Both the position numbers and the translations under genes were made by a program. 64,000 nucleotides of DNA from Shigella phage Sf14, in sequence record MF327003. The stretch is one strand, 5' to 3'. The stretch's first letter is position 1. Each line of letters begins with the position of its first letter. Below the pieces are notes generated by a model. It saw only the letters and a program-made list of their open reading frames with translations. It was not told the DNA's origin and made no database searches. Positions 33,429 to 42,145 of the stretch are shown one piece after another.

Positions 33429-34289
33429 ATGTCTAAAGTTGTTAAAATGAAAGCTCCGGTAGAGAAGTACAATGGTCAAGAACGTGAGACTCTTCGTTAC
33501 CTGCTGAAAGATGTTTGGTTCTATTACCTGAACACTATTCCACGTCCTCAAAAGGGTAAATCTGTGGATAAGCATTTTCCGGGCAAAGATTGTAACTACA
33601 GCGTTTCAATTCTGGCAAAAGATGGTAACAAGCTCTTTAAAGAGTTCACCAAGTCTAAAAAGAGTCCTGAAGGTTGGGATAAAGTTACTACAGAGGCTGT
33701 TGATGCAGATGACTTCGAAGAGAAGTTTGGTTGTGAGCCTCCGTTTGAAGCTGACACCTATCACATCCTGAAGGTTAGCCGTTCAGCAGCATATAAAGAC
33801 GGTGCTGTGTGGTCAGCAAAACAGAGTTTCCCTGTAATGCTGGTTGAAGAAATCAACGGTAAGCGTGTTGCAGTTAAGCAGCCTATGAAGAAAATCAAGG
33901 CAGCAAAATCTGATAAGCACGATGATGATAAGACTTACGATGTAATTCATCCAGATATTGCAGTTGGTAACGGCTCATTTGGTAGTGTGATTCTGGCGAC
34001 TCACTTCTACACATTTGAAGGTAACGTTCTGACCAAGCCAATTCAGGAACAATTTATCATTGATACTCTGGTTCCTTACACTGGTGGTACTGGTGGTGCT
34101 ACTGAGACTGAACTGGATGAAGATGAACTGGCAATGCTTGGCCTTGCAGGTGTTGAAGACAACGGTGAAATCACTGAAGAAGATGCAAAAGATTCTGGTG
34201 ATGAAGGTAAAGGTGGTGATGACGATGACGACGACCTGCCAAACCCAGATGATGACGACGAAGATGATTTCGAAACTGACGACGAGTAA
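33429..34289 (+). CDS. single-stranded DNA-binding protein-like, with extremely acidic C-terminal tail
   Basis: C-terminus GDEGKGGDDDDDDLPNPDDDDEDDFETDDE; position between primase-helicase and exonuclease. Confidence 0.4.
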   Translation: MSKVVKMKAPVEKYNGQERETLRYLLKDVWFYYLNTIPRPQKGKSVDKHFPGKDCNYSVSILAKDGNKLFKEFTKSKKSPEGWDKVTTEAVDADDFEEKFGCEPPFEADTYHILKVSRSAAYKDGAVWSAKQSFPVMLVEEINGKRVAVKQPMKKIKAAKSDKHDDDKTYDVIHPDIAVGNGSFGSVILATHFYTFEGNVLTKPIQEQFIIDTLVPYTGGTGGATETELDEDELAMLGLAGVEDNGEITEEDAKDSGDEGKGGDDDDDDLPNPDDDDEDDFETDDE

Positions 34290-34306
34290 TAGTCAGTAAC
34301 TACTAC

Positions 34307-34336
34307 AAAGCCCTGTACAGACGTATGGGGCTTTTT
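34307..34336 (+). terminator. intrinsic terminator
   Basis: AAAGCCC...GGGCTTT stem followed by TTT. Confidence 0.5.
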
Positions 34337-34351
34337 CGTATGGAGAGTACA

Positions 34352-35398
34352 ATGGAACAATACACCTTAACAAAGCTCCCAGAGAGCGTTACACACGTCT
34401 TTATTGACTCTGATAGCATTGCTTACAAAGGTGCTTGTGTAGTTGAAAAAGCAAAGTACAAGTATGTGAATAAAATCACTGCTGAAGAATCCGATGCTTT
34501 TGATAGTGCAAAACTGGCAGCACAATGGTTGTCTGACCAAAGAGTTTTAACTGAAGAGTTAGGACTTGACTTTGATGAAGATGAATGGGAAAGACAGACT
34601 TGGAAGGAAGCTAAAAGTGAAGCTGAAGCAATTATGGCTACACAGCAAGTTCTTCAGGAGTGGTTGAAAGTCGTTGGTAAAGAACGCAAATGGATGGGTT
34701 ACCTTACTGAGAAAGGTGTTCACAAACACAAGGATATCAAAGGTCTTGAACACCAATATCAAGGTAACAGAAAAGAAGCTGTAACACCTACACACCTAGT
34801 TGCTTGTCGTGAGTATCTTCTGTCACGACCAGAGTTTAAGCTCCTAAAAGGGGGCTTCGAAGCAGACTCTATCGTTATTGCAAAAGCTGAGAAGATGGGT
34901 AAAAAAGCTGCTCTGATGAGTATTGATAAAGACCTTCGTCAAGCTGAAGGAACTTACTGTATTGATATGACTTATGAGAAAGCTCCATTAATTTTCATTG
35001 CAGATAATAACGTTGGTGAGATTTGGGATTGCCCTATCAAATCTAAACCGAAAGCTAAGAAGACAGTCGGAGTGGGTTTTAAATTCCTCTGCTATCAAGC
35101 TGTAGCAGGTGATAATGCAGACAACTACTTCGGTTTAAAAGGTGCTGGTAAGGTTGCGGTGATGAATGCACTGGAAGGTAAGACTACCTATAAAGAGTGC
35201 TTAGATGCAATCTATGAACTTTATGCTAAGAAAGACTCTTACACTTATGAATCGTGGGATGGTCAGATTGTGACAAGAACTCCACTAGAACTAATGGAGC
35301 AGCACTTCTGGATTGCATACCAAGAAAGAAATTCTAAAGATGATTTCACTTTTGATAAGTACGGGTGGACACCAAATGCTAACTCAACAAACTCTTAA
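34352..35398 (+). CDS. 5'-3' exonuclease (FEN/RNase H-like)
   Basis: ATG 34352 with GGAGAG RBS after terminator; N-terminal acidic cluster VFIDSDSIAYK and H3TH-like GDNADNYFGLKGAG. Confidence 0.5.
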   Translation: MEQYTLTKLPESVTHVFIDSDSIAYKGACVVEKAKYKYVNKITAEESDAFDSAKLAAQWLSDQRVLTEELGLDFDEDEWERQTWKEAKSEAEAIMATQQVLQEWLKVVGKERKWMGYLTEKGVHKHKDIKGLEHQYQGNRKEAVTPTHLVACREYLLSRPEFKLLKGGFEADSIVIAKAEKMGKKAALMSIDKDLRQAEGTYCIDMTYEKAPLIFIADNNVGEIWDCPIKSKPKAKKTVGVGFKFLCYQAVAGDNADNYFGLKGAGKVAVMNALEGKTTYKECLDAIYELYAKKDSYTYESWDGQIVTRTPLELMEQHFWIAYQERNSKDDFTFDKYGWTPNANSTNS

Positions 35399-35867
35399 AG
35401 AATACCTACACTATGACCCCGAAACAGGGGTCTTTACTTGGCTTAAAAAGTCAGCTAAACGTACAAAGATTGGCTCTATAGCGGGTACGAATTTAAAAGG
35501 CTATATTAGAATCTACTTGTTTGGTAAAGGTTACTATGCACATTCACTAGCTGTACTTTATATGGAAGGTTATCTTCCTGAATGTGTTGACCACAAAAAT
35601 CATGTAACATTGGATAACCGTTGGACTAACCTAAGAGCTTGTACTCTTTCTGAAAACCAATGTAATAGGTTACTTAACAAGAATAATAAATCTGGTGTCA
35701 AAGGGGTGTACTTCCATAAAAAGTATCAAAAATGGTCTACACAAATCACTTTCAAAAAGAAAGTTTATTTCTTTGGCAATTATGACACTATTGAGGAAGC
35801 AGCAGAAGTTGTAAACAGAGAAAGGTTACGTTTACATAAAGAGTTTGCTAATAAAGGTGATAAATGA
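35376..35867 (+). CDS. HNH homing endonuclease-like protein with AP2-type DNA-binding domain
   Basis: HNH region CVDHKNHVTLDNRWTNLRACTLSEN then AP2-like KSGVKGVYFHKKYQKWSTQITFKKKVYFFGNYDTIEEAA; start overlaps exonuclease 3' end. Confidence 0.55.
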   Translation: MLTQQTLKEYLHYDPETGVFTWLKKSAKRTKIGSIAGTNLKGYIRIYLFGKGYYAHSLAVLYMEGYLPECVDHKNHVTLDNRWTNLRACTLSENQCNRLLNKNNKSGVKGVYFHKKYQKWSTQITFKKKVYFFGNYDTIEEAAEVVNRERLRLHKEFANKGDK

Positions 35868-36367
35868 TAAAAATTAAAGGTTTTGGCAATTGCCCTACTT
35901 ATGGTCACTGGATTTCACTGTGTGGTGAAGTTGACCCATCAAAATACTTTGGTTTTGTATATCTAGTCTACTGCAAAAAGACTGGTCAATACTATTTGGG
36001 AAAGAAACAATTTAATAACGTCACTAAGAGAAAGGTTGCTGGAAAGACCAGACGTAAAGTCGTGACAAAAGAAAGTGATTGGATGACTTATCAAACATCT
36101 TCTGAATACATTAAGAAGGATATTGAATCTTTTGGTGAAAAAGAGTTTGACTTCTACATCATCCAGACTTACTATACGCGAGGTGGCTTAGTTTATGGCG
36201 AAGCTAACCTACAACATAAGTTTGACGTCATGACAAAAAGGATTGACTCTAAGCTTCGACTCTTCTACAATGCGAACATTGCAGCAATCAAGTTTCTTAC
36301 AAAAGAGACTTATGATGAAGCTGAGAAGAGAATCACTAAAATCATGAAACTTAATGAGAGAGTTTAA
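35864..36367 (+). CDS. GIY-YIG domain protein
   Basis: GFVYLVYCKKTGQYYLGKK matches the GIY...YIG spacing. Confidence 0.4.
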   Translation: MIKIKGFGNCPTYGHWISLCGEVDPSKYFGFVYLVYCKKTGQYYLGKKQFNNVTKRKVAGKTRRKVVTKESDWMTYQTSSEYIKKDIESFGEKEFDFYIIQTYYTRGGLVYGEANLQHKFDVMTKRIDSKLRLFYNANIAAIKFLTKETYDEAEKRITKIMKLNERV

Positions 36368-36584
36368 AATGTTTAATAAAATCAAAAATGACCATGTTTC
36401 TAAAATCCAGAGTGGCGTAGCAGCACTGAAGGAAACTATCAGTAAAGCTAAGTCAGCTACAGAATCCGAGATGGATGCTCTGGAATCACAAATTCAACAT
36501 CTGTTAAGCAAACGTGTTGAACTCAAAGAACGAATGGACTATATTGAGTCTCAACAAAAGTTGTTTGAAGATAAGGAGGCTTAA
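36354..36584 (+). CDS. hypothetical coiled-coil protein
   Basis: 76 aa ORF. Confidence 0.3.
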   Translation: MREFKMFNKIKNDHVSKIQSGVAALKETISKAKSATESEMDALESQIQHLLSKRVELKERMDYIESQQKLFEDKEA

Positions 36585-37339
36585 TGTTTAATTCCAGAGA
36601 ATCCGTAAGAAATTGGAATCTACGTTGTGGCAATAATCCAAAAGAACCATATAGCACAGAGTATTGGGAATCACTGAAAAGGCAGTCTCTGTGTATGCTT
36701 GAAGAAGCTAGAGAGCTAGTTGCAGCAGTAGAAGCCAAAGACCCTGTTGAGACCCTTGATGCTCAAGCTGATTTGCAGTATGTACTTGACGGTTTAATTT
36801 TCCTGACACAACATGACCATGATGGTGCTATCAAGGCTGTTTGTGAAAACAACAACCTCAAATACACAGACGACTATCAAGAAGCTCTACAGCGAATGTT
36901 TGATATTGAGAAACGTACTGGTGATGAATGTTACCTGCGTCAATCAATTATTGAAGGTAAAGAGTGGTTTGCGATTATTCGCAAGTCTGATGGTAAGATT
37001 ATGAAACAGTCTAATCTTCCAAAAGTTCAACTTGAAAGTTTTATTGCAGAAGTTGACGCAAAAGAATTATTTGTGGTAACATCTGACACATGCGTTATCT
37101 GCCAAGGACTGATTGGAAGTCTTGGTAGTCTTGGCATTAAAAACTTTTCTAAAGTTGAACCAATCTCTTCAAAAGCAGATAAAGACTTCTGCCGTGAGAA
37201 TGGATTATGGCTTGCGGATATTGTGTACTATGATGGTGAGAAGTTCCATGTAACCTCATATCCGAAATTGAATTATGATGCAATCAACCTCAAGCAGTGG
37301 TTGAAAGGAGTCGGTTATAATGGATTCACAGAACATTAA
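36584..37339 (+). CDS. MazG-like nucleotide pyrophosphohydrolase domain protein (N-terminal) with unknown C-terminal domain
   Basis: EEARELVAAVEAKDPVETLDAQADLQYVLDGL resembles the MazG/HisE EExxE...D motif. Confidence 0.3.
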   Translation: MFNSRESVRNWNLRCGNNPKEPYSTEYWESLKRQSLCMLEEARELVAAVEAKDPVETLDAQADLQYVLDGLIFLTQHDHDGAIKAVCENNNLKYTDDYQEALQRMFDIEKRTGDECYLRQSIIEGKEWFAIIRKSDGKIMKQSNLPKVQLESFIAEVDAKELFVVTSDTCVICQGLIGSLGSLGIKNFSKVEPISSKADKDFCRENGLWLADIVYYDGEKFHVTSYPKLNYDAINLKQWLKGVGYNGFTEH

Positions 37340-37646
37340 TAAAGGTGAAGAAGTGGTGGCAAAAAGCCACTTCTCCAACTACAACCTCTCTATGACAGTG
37401 TTTATGAATGATTCACTGTTAGACAAGTACGGAGAGAAGCCAGAAACGATTCTGGATAATGAACAAGTATTAGCAGCAGTGTTGTATAAGTATGGCTTAA
37501 ATATTGATAAACCGTACTCTTACGAGATTTGCCAGCACAGAAATACTTTTGGTAAAGTTGTTGTAGCCCCCCTGTTCATGGGTGTAGAGCGCACAGATGA
37601 CCAGTGGATTTACTTGAAACGAAACTTGGATAGATATCATGTCTAA
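37320..37646 (+). CDS. hypothetical protein
   Basis: 108 aa ORF. Confidence 0.3.
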   Translation: MDSQNINKGEEVVAKSHFSNYNLSMTVFMNDSLLDKYGEKPETILDNEQVLAAVLYKYGLNIDKPYSYEICQHRNTFGKVVVAPLFMGVERTDDQWIYLKRNLDRYHV

Positions 37647-37974
37647 AATTAAAAAGTTAACTAAAGAAGAAATCAAAGCTGGTGAAGAACTAGGCAATGA
37701 TAAGTTTGGTGAGACATTACATCATGGTGACTTTGTAATGTACACTGAAGATTGCAAAGGTCGCAGCGATATCAAATTTGGACGAGTTGTCTGCAAAGTA
37801 CGTGGTAACTTTTCAATTGCAAGACTTGAAGAAGATATTAGTGAGAAACTTGACATGGCATTCGATGAAGGTAAACGTTACTGGTATATGAATACAATGT
37901 CTAAAGGTTCACTAACAAAAGTGTCGCAGAAGTTCATTGAACTCTGGGAAAGTAAAAAGATTTTTAGCATTTAA
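37639..37974 (+). CDS. hypothetical protein
   Basis: 111 aa ORF followed by terminator. Confidence 0.3.
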   Translation: MSKIKKLTKEEIKAGEELGNDKFGETLHHGDFVMYTEDCKGRSDIKFGRVVCKVRGNFSIARLEEDISEKLDMAFDEGKRYWYMNTMSKGSLTKVSQKFIELWESKKIFSI

Positions 37975-37980
37975 TCTCTA

Positions 37981-38005
37981 AGGGGTCTCTTCGGAGACCC
38001 TTTTT
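37981..38005 (+). terminator. intrinsic terminator
   Basis: AGGGGTCTC-TTCG-GAGACCCT followed by TTTTT. Confidence 0.7.
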
Positions 38006-38025
38006 CACCTGTAGGATTTAATATA

Positions 38026-40260
38026 ATGATTACTACTATTCGCAAATCAGACGGTACAATCGTACCATTCGAACCAGAGCGTTTAAATAAATGGGCTTCA
38101 TGGGCTGACAAGAGAGGAATTATCTGGTCAGAGGTTGTCATGGAAGCTATGAAGCGTGTCTATGAAGGTTGTACAACAAAAGAAATGCACCAAGCTATGA
38201 TTGACGTTTGTATTGATAAGCAAACTCAAGAGTACTCTGATATGGCTGGGAGACTACTTCTTGGCATTATCTACAAAGAAGCTTTTGGTGGATTTACAAA
38301 GGTTCCTCAGTTACTTCCATTTGTGATGAAGATGGAGCAGATGGGGCTTTGGGAACATATGGATTACACACCTGAAGAGATTGACTACTTACAAGGTCAC
38401 ATCGTACATTCAAAAGATATCTCTTATGGGTATGCAGTACTGAAGCAGTTCCGTGATAAGTATGGAATCCGTGACATTAAAAGTGGTAAGCTGTTTGAGT
38501 CTCCACAGTTTATGTTCATGGGTATGGCTATGAAAGCCTTTGAAAGACAGCCTAAACAGCGTCGTTTAGATGATGTTATTAAGCTCTACACATATCTATC
38601 TGACCTGAAGATTAATGCCCCTACACCGTATCTGAATGGTCTGAGAGCTACAAAATCTGGCTATGCTTCATGCTGCCTAATTAAAGCAAACGATACTGCT
38701 GAATCTCTTGGCATTGCTACAAAAGTAGCTTATGACATGACCACTAAGCAAGCAGGTATTGGTATGCTGATGGAGACCAGAACAATTGGTGATGGAATCC
38801 GACAAAACACTATTGAGCATATGGGAAAACTCCCTTATTATAAGCTTGTACGTGCTGCTGTAGAGGCTAATAAGCAGAAGAGTCGTGGTGGTTCAGCTAA
38901 TAACTTCTTCACTGCATTAGACCCACAGATTGAGGATTTGCTACGCTTGAAGCACCCTACAACGGTTCCTGCAAAGCGTATTAATGAAATGGATTACTCA
39001 TTTGGTGCAAATGATTACTTCTGGCAATGTGTACAGTACGATACAGATTGGTTGCTATTCTCTTACAAAGATGCACCAAGACTGTATGACATGTTCTACA
39101 CAGCAAGTGCTGATGAATTTGCTATGGCAGTAGGTCACGCAGTTCATACAGGTGTTAAACATAAACGTGTAAAGGCTCGTGAAGTTGCCAAGTTGTTTAT
39201 TCAACAACGTTATGCTACAGGACGTGTTTACCCGTTCTTTACTAACAACGCAAACTATCATACACCTTTCAAAGAGCCTTTGAAAATGTCAAACCTGTGT
39301 ATGGAGATTGTCTTACCAGTTCATGGTTTTGAGGATGAAAGAGACCTGTATAGCTACACAGCCAAGAAAGAAGACGGTGAAGTTGCTCTTTGCTTCCTAG
39401 CTAGTTTGGTTGCAGGGAGAATCACAGAAGATGAATACGCTGACGTTGCTTATTATGCTCTTGCAATGGTTGACTCCGTTATTGACCTTATGGATTATCC
39501 GTATCCGTCAATGCGTAACCATGTTCAGAAACGTCGTTCTGTTGGTATTGGTCTTACTAATGTGGCCCATTACCTTGCGAAGAACTATGTGAACTACTCA
39601 TCAAGGGCTGGTAAAACTAAACTTCATGAGTTGGCTGAGATGCACTCTTACTTCTTGCATGAAGCATCTTTAAGACTCGCAAAAGAGCGTGGTGTACCAG
39701 AGTACATGCAGTTTACTAAGTACCCTGACGGTTGGGTTCCACCAAAGACTGCTAACAAGAAAATTGATGAAAAGCACGATGCAAAACTTCGTTATGATTG
39801 GGATGACCTGTCACAGCGAATCAAGGAAAATGGAGGTATCCGTAACTCTGTGTTAGAGGCTTACATGCCTAATGAGAGTTCTTCTCTGGCAACTAACACG
39901 ACAAACGGCCTATACCCTATTCGTGACTTCATCTTAACTAAGAAGTCTGCAACTGGTAACGTTCTGTTTATTGTACCTGATTATGAAGAGTTGAAGTATG
40001 TATATGAAATTGCTTGGGATATTGACACATTTGATATGATTGATTGCTATGCAATTGTTCAAAAATTCACTGGTCAAGCTATCTCTTCAGATTTCTATGT
40101 TGACTACTCGAAGTCTAAGAAGGTATCATTAGAGCAAGCTTTGAAGTACATGATTTATGCAAACCTTGTTGGTTTGAAAACTATGTACTACCTGAACAGC
40201 CGTATCGGTGTTGGTAAATCAGCACTACAAGATGCCTACTGTGAGGGTTGCGGCGTTTAG
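38026..40260 (+). CDS. nrdA: ribonucleoside-diphosphate reductase large subunit (class I)
   Basis: 744 aa; NLCMEI active-site motif; followed by small-subunit and glutaredoxin-like genes. Confidence 0.85.
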   Translation: MITTIRKSDGTIVPFEPERLNKWASWADKRGIIWSEVVMEAMKRVYEGCTTKEMHQAMIDVCIDKQTQEYSDMAGRLLLGIIYKEAFGGFTKVPQLLPFVMKMEQMGLWEHMDYTPEEIDYLQGHIVHSKDISYGYAVLKQFRDKYGIRDIKSGKLFESPQFMFMGMAMKAFERQPKQRRLDDVIKLYTYLSDLKINAPTPYLNGLRATKSGYASCCLIKANDTAESLGIATKVAYDMTTKQAGIGMLMETRTIGDGIRQNTIEHMGKLPYYKLVRAAVEANKQKSRGGSANNFFTALDPQIEDLLRLKHPTTVPAKRINEMDYSFGANDYFWQCVQYDTDWLLFSYKDAPRLYDMFYTASADEFAMAVGHAVHTGVKHKRVKAREVAKLFIQQRYATGRVYPFFTNNANYHTPFKEPLKMSNLCMEIVLPVHGFEDERDLYSYTAKKEDGEVALCFLASLVAGRITEDEYADVAYYALAMVDSVIDLMDYPYPSMRNHVQKRRSVGIGLTNVAHYLAKNYVNYSSRAGKTKLHELAEMHSYFLHEASLRLAKERGVPEYMQFTKYPDGWVPPKTANKKIDEKHDAKLRYDWDDLSQRIKENGGIRNSVLEAYMPNESSSLATNTTNGLYPIRDFILTKKSATGNVLFIVPDYEELKYVYEIAWDIDTFDMIDCYAIVQKFTGQAISSDFYVDYSKSKKVSLEQALKYMIYANLVGLKTMYYLNSRIGVGKSALQDAYCEGCGV

Positions 40261-40273
40261 TTTGAATAACTAT

Positions 40274-40300
40274 GAGGGTCGTAAAAGACCCTCTAAAATT
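40274..40300 (+). terminator. hairpin/weak terminator after nrdA
   Basis: GAGGGTC-GTAAAA-GACCCTC followed by TAAAATT. Confidence 0.4.
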
Positions 40301-40315
40301 AACTTGGAGAAAGGT

Positions 40316-40591
40316 ATGCTAGATTTAATTCGCAATGCGAGAATACGTAGTAAAGATAACTCACTATATTTATTTTATATTCCAAGACGGTCTTTGTATT
40401 ATATTGCAGACTTAGACTTAAAAGTTAAGATGCCAGATGGTTCTTGGAAAGAACATATACGATATGTTGATTGTTTTAATCCAAAGCAAACATATGCAAG
40501 GCCACTTGATATGTTCAACAAGGACAAATGGGTTGTTATGACAACAACTGAAGCCAGAAACTTTCTAGATACAGGAATCTTACCAGAATGA
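40316..40591 (+). CDS. small protein inserted between nrdA and nrdB, unknown
   Basis: ATG 40316 with GGAGAAAGG RBS downstream of hairpin; 91 aa. Confidence 0.35.
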   Translation: MLDLIRNARIRSKDNSLYLFYIPRRSLYYIADLDLKVKMPDGSWKEHIRYVDCFNPKQTYARPLDMFNKDKWVVMTTTEARNFLDTGILPE

Positions 40592-41661
40592 TTAATCCAC
40601 ATCCAATTTTCTTAGGCGGTGAACGAAAAACTTTCGATTCACTGAATAAACACTATCCAAAAATCTTTGAACTGTATAAGCAGCAGAAAGCACAAGACTG
40701 GTCTGAAGATGAGTTCCCATTTGAACAGTCACGTTTAGACTTTGAGAGTGTCCCTCAGTCAATGTCTGGTGTAATGCTTGAGATTCTGAAATGGCAATGG
40801 GAAGCAGATACACAGGTTGCTAAGAGTTTAGCTTTTGCATTTGCACCATTCATCTCTGATGATATCTATGCAACTGCTATCATGAAGCAATCAGAAATTG
40901 AGAACCTTCATGCACTAACTTATTCAGAGATTGTTCGTCAGTGTATCAAGAACCCTGAAACAATCCTTGATGAGATTAACCAGAACGCTGCTGTACAGGA
41001 CAGATTGAAGACTGTGAACAGAGCACTGGCAGAATTACTTGACGAAGGTATTAACTATCGTTTAAGCTATGTTTGTCAAGAGCTAATGGAGAAAGACCCT
41101 TTACACTTCCACAAAGTAATCTTAAAAGGTCTCTTTGCAGTAACAGCACTTGAGGGTATTTCCTTCATGGCATCCTTTGCATGTACCTTTGCACTTGATG
41201 CACAAGATAAATTCCAAGGGATTGCACAAGCAGTACAGAAAATTATGCTTGACGAAATCATTCACACAAAGATTGATATCGAAGCATTAAAAGAAACTTT
41301 GAAAGATGAAGAGTGGCAAGAAGCTTTCCGTCAAGTACTCCCAGAAATTAAAGTAATTCTGGATGAGGTAGTTGAAAGTGAAGAGAAATGGTCTTATTAT
41401 ATTTTCTCTGAAGGACGTGCTGTTGTAGGTTTAAATACAAAACTTCTTCACGAATGGGTTTACTACAACGCTGCTCCATTGTATGATATGTTTGGTATTC
41501 CAAGAGACTTCGTAGCTCCTAAAGAACCACCTTTGAAATATATGATTAAGAAGATGGAAATTGATAAAGAGCAAAACGCTAACCAAGAACAACAAAATGG
41601 TGCGTACCTTTTGAATACCGTTGTTGATGATTTAAATTCAGGATTTTTAGAGGTTCCTTAA
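40588..41661 (+). CDS. nrdB: ribonucleoside-diphosphate reductase small subunit (class I)
   Basis: 357 aa helical ferritin-like protein with conserved Glu/His/Tyr pattern, adjacent to nrdA. Confidence 0.8.
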   Translation: MINPHPIFLGGERKTFDSLNKHYPKIFELYKQQKAQDWSEDEFPFEQSRLDFESVPQSMSGVMLEILKWQWEADTQVAKSLAFAFAPFISDDIYATAIMKQSEIENLHALTYSEIVRQCIKNPETILDEINQNAAVQDRLKTVNRALAELLDEGINYRLSYVCQELMEKDPLHFHKVILKGLFAVTALEGISFMASFACTFALDAQDKFQGIAQAVQKIMLDEIIHTKIDIEALKETLKDEEWQEAFRQVLPEIKVILDEVVESEEKWSYYIFSEGRAVVGLNTKLLHEWVYYNAAPLYDMFGIPRDFVAPKEPPLKYMIKKMEIDKEQNANQEQQNGAYLLNTVVDDLNSGFLEVP

Positions 41662-41903
41662 TGACTTATGTAATTTACTCAAAAGATGGATGCCCACAGT
41701 GTGTGACTGCTAAGAACTTTGCTCAGGCTCGTGGCTTAGACCATGTTGTTAGAATGCTTGGGAAAGATTATGAGCTAAGTGACCTGATGGATATTGCAAA
41801 GATACCTGTTCGTCAGATGCCTTTCATTATGAAGGTTGAAGACAATGAAATGAAACCTGTTGGAACACTACAGAACTTTATGGCAGAGGTGAATAATGCT
41901 TAA
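41661..41903 (+). CDS. glutaredoxin/NrdH-like redoxin
   Basis: 80 aa with CPQC active site near N-terminus. Confidence 0.65.
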   Translation: MTYVIYSKDGCPQCVTAKNFAQARGLDHVVRMLGKDYELSDLMDIAKIPVRQMPFIMKVEDNEMKPVGTLQNFMAEVNNA

Positions 41904-42096
41904 ACGTTTATGGGATGGTTTTGTTGAAGATGCTCCGATGATTGCTCTGGCATTCATGGTTACTAGCCTGTTTACTGATTTAAAACAAGGTGCTCTATTT
42001 GGAGCTATGCTAGTATGGGTTATCTTTGAGATATTAGATATCAAACATGATTTGAGTGGAAAGCTTAAAAAGCTTATTGAAAAGTTTTCTAAGTAG
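41896..42096 (+). CDS. small membrane protein
   Basis: 66 aa, hydrophobic. Confidence 0.3.
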   Translation: MLKRLWDGFVEDAPMIALAFMVTSLFTDLKQGALFGAMLVWVIFEILDIKHDLSGKLKKLIEKFSK

Positions 42097-42106
42097 AATT
42101 AATATA

Positions 42107-42130
42107 AGGGTCTCTTCGGAGACCTTTTTT
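42107..42130 (+). terminator. intrinsic terminator
   Basis: AGGGTCTC-TTCG-GAGACCT followed by TTTTTT. Confidence 0.7.
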
Positions 42131-42145
42131 GCATTAGGAGTCAGA

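Noticed and set aside
34060-34360. ORFs 34060..34299 (+) and 34076..34360 (-) over the acidic tail of the SSB-like gene
   Set aside because: Alternative-frame and antisense readings of a GAT/GAC-rich low-complexity stretch; the Ser-rich translations are artefacts.
40208-40315. ORF-track start at 40208 overlapping the 3' end of nrdA
   Set aside because: A hairpin at 40274-40300 and a good RBS before the ATG at 40316 favour the shorter gene.
42056-42145. Upstream start of nrdD at 42056 from the ORF track
   Set aside because: This extension runs through an intrinsic terminator (42107-42130); the ATG at 42146 with a GGAG RBS is the likely start.
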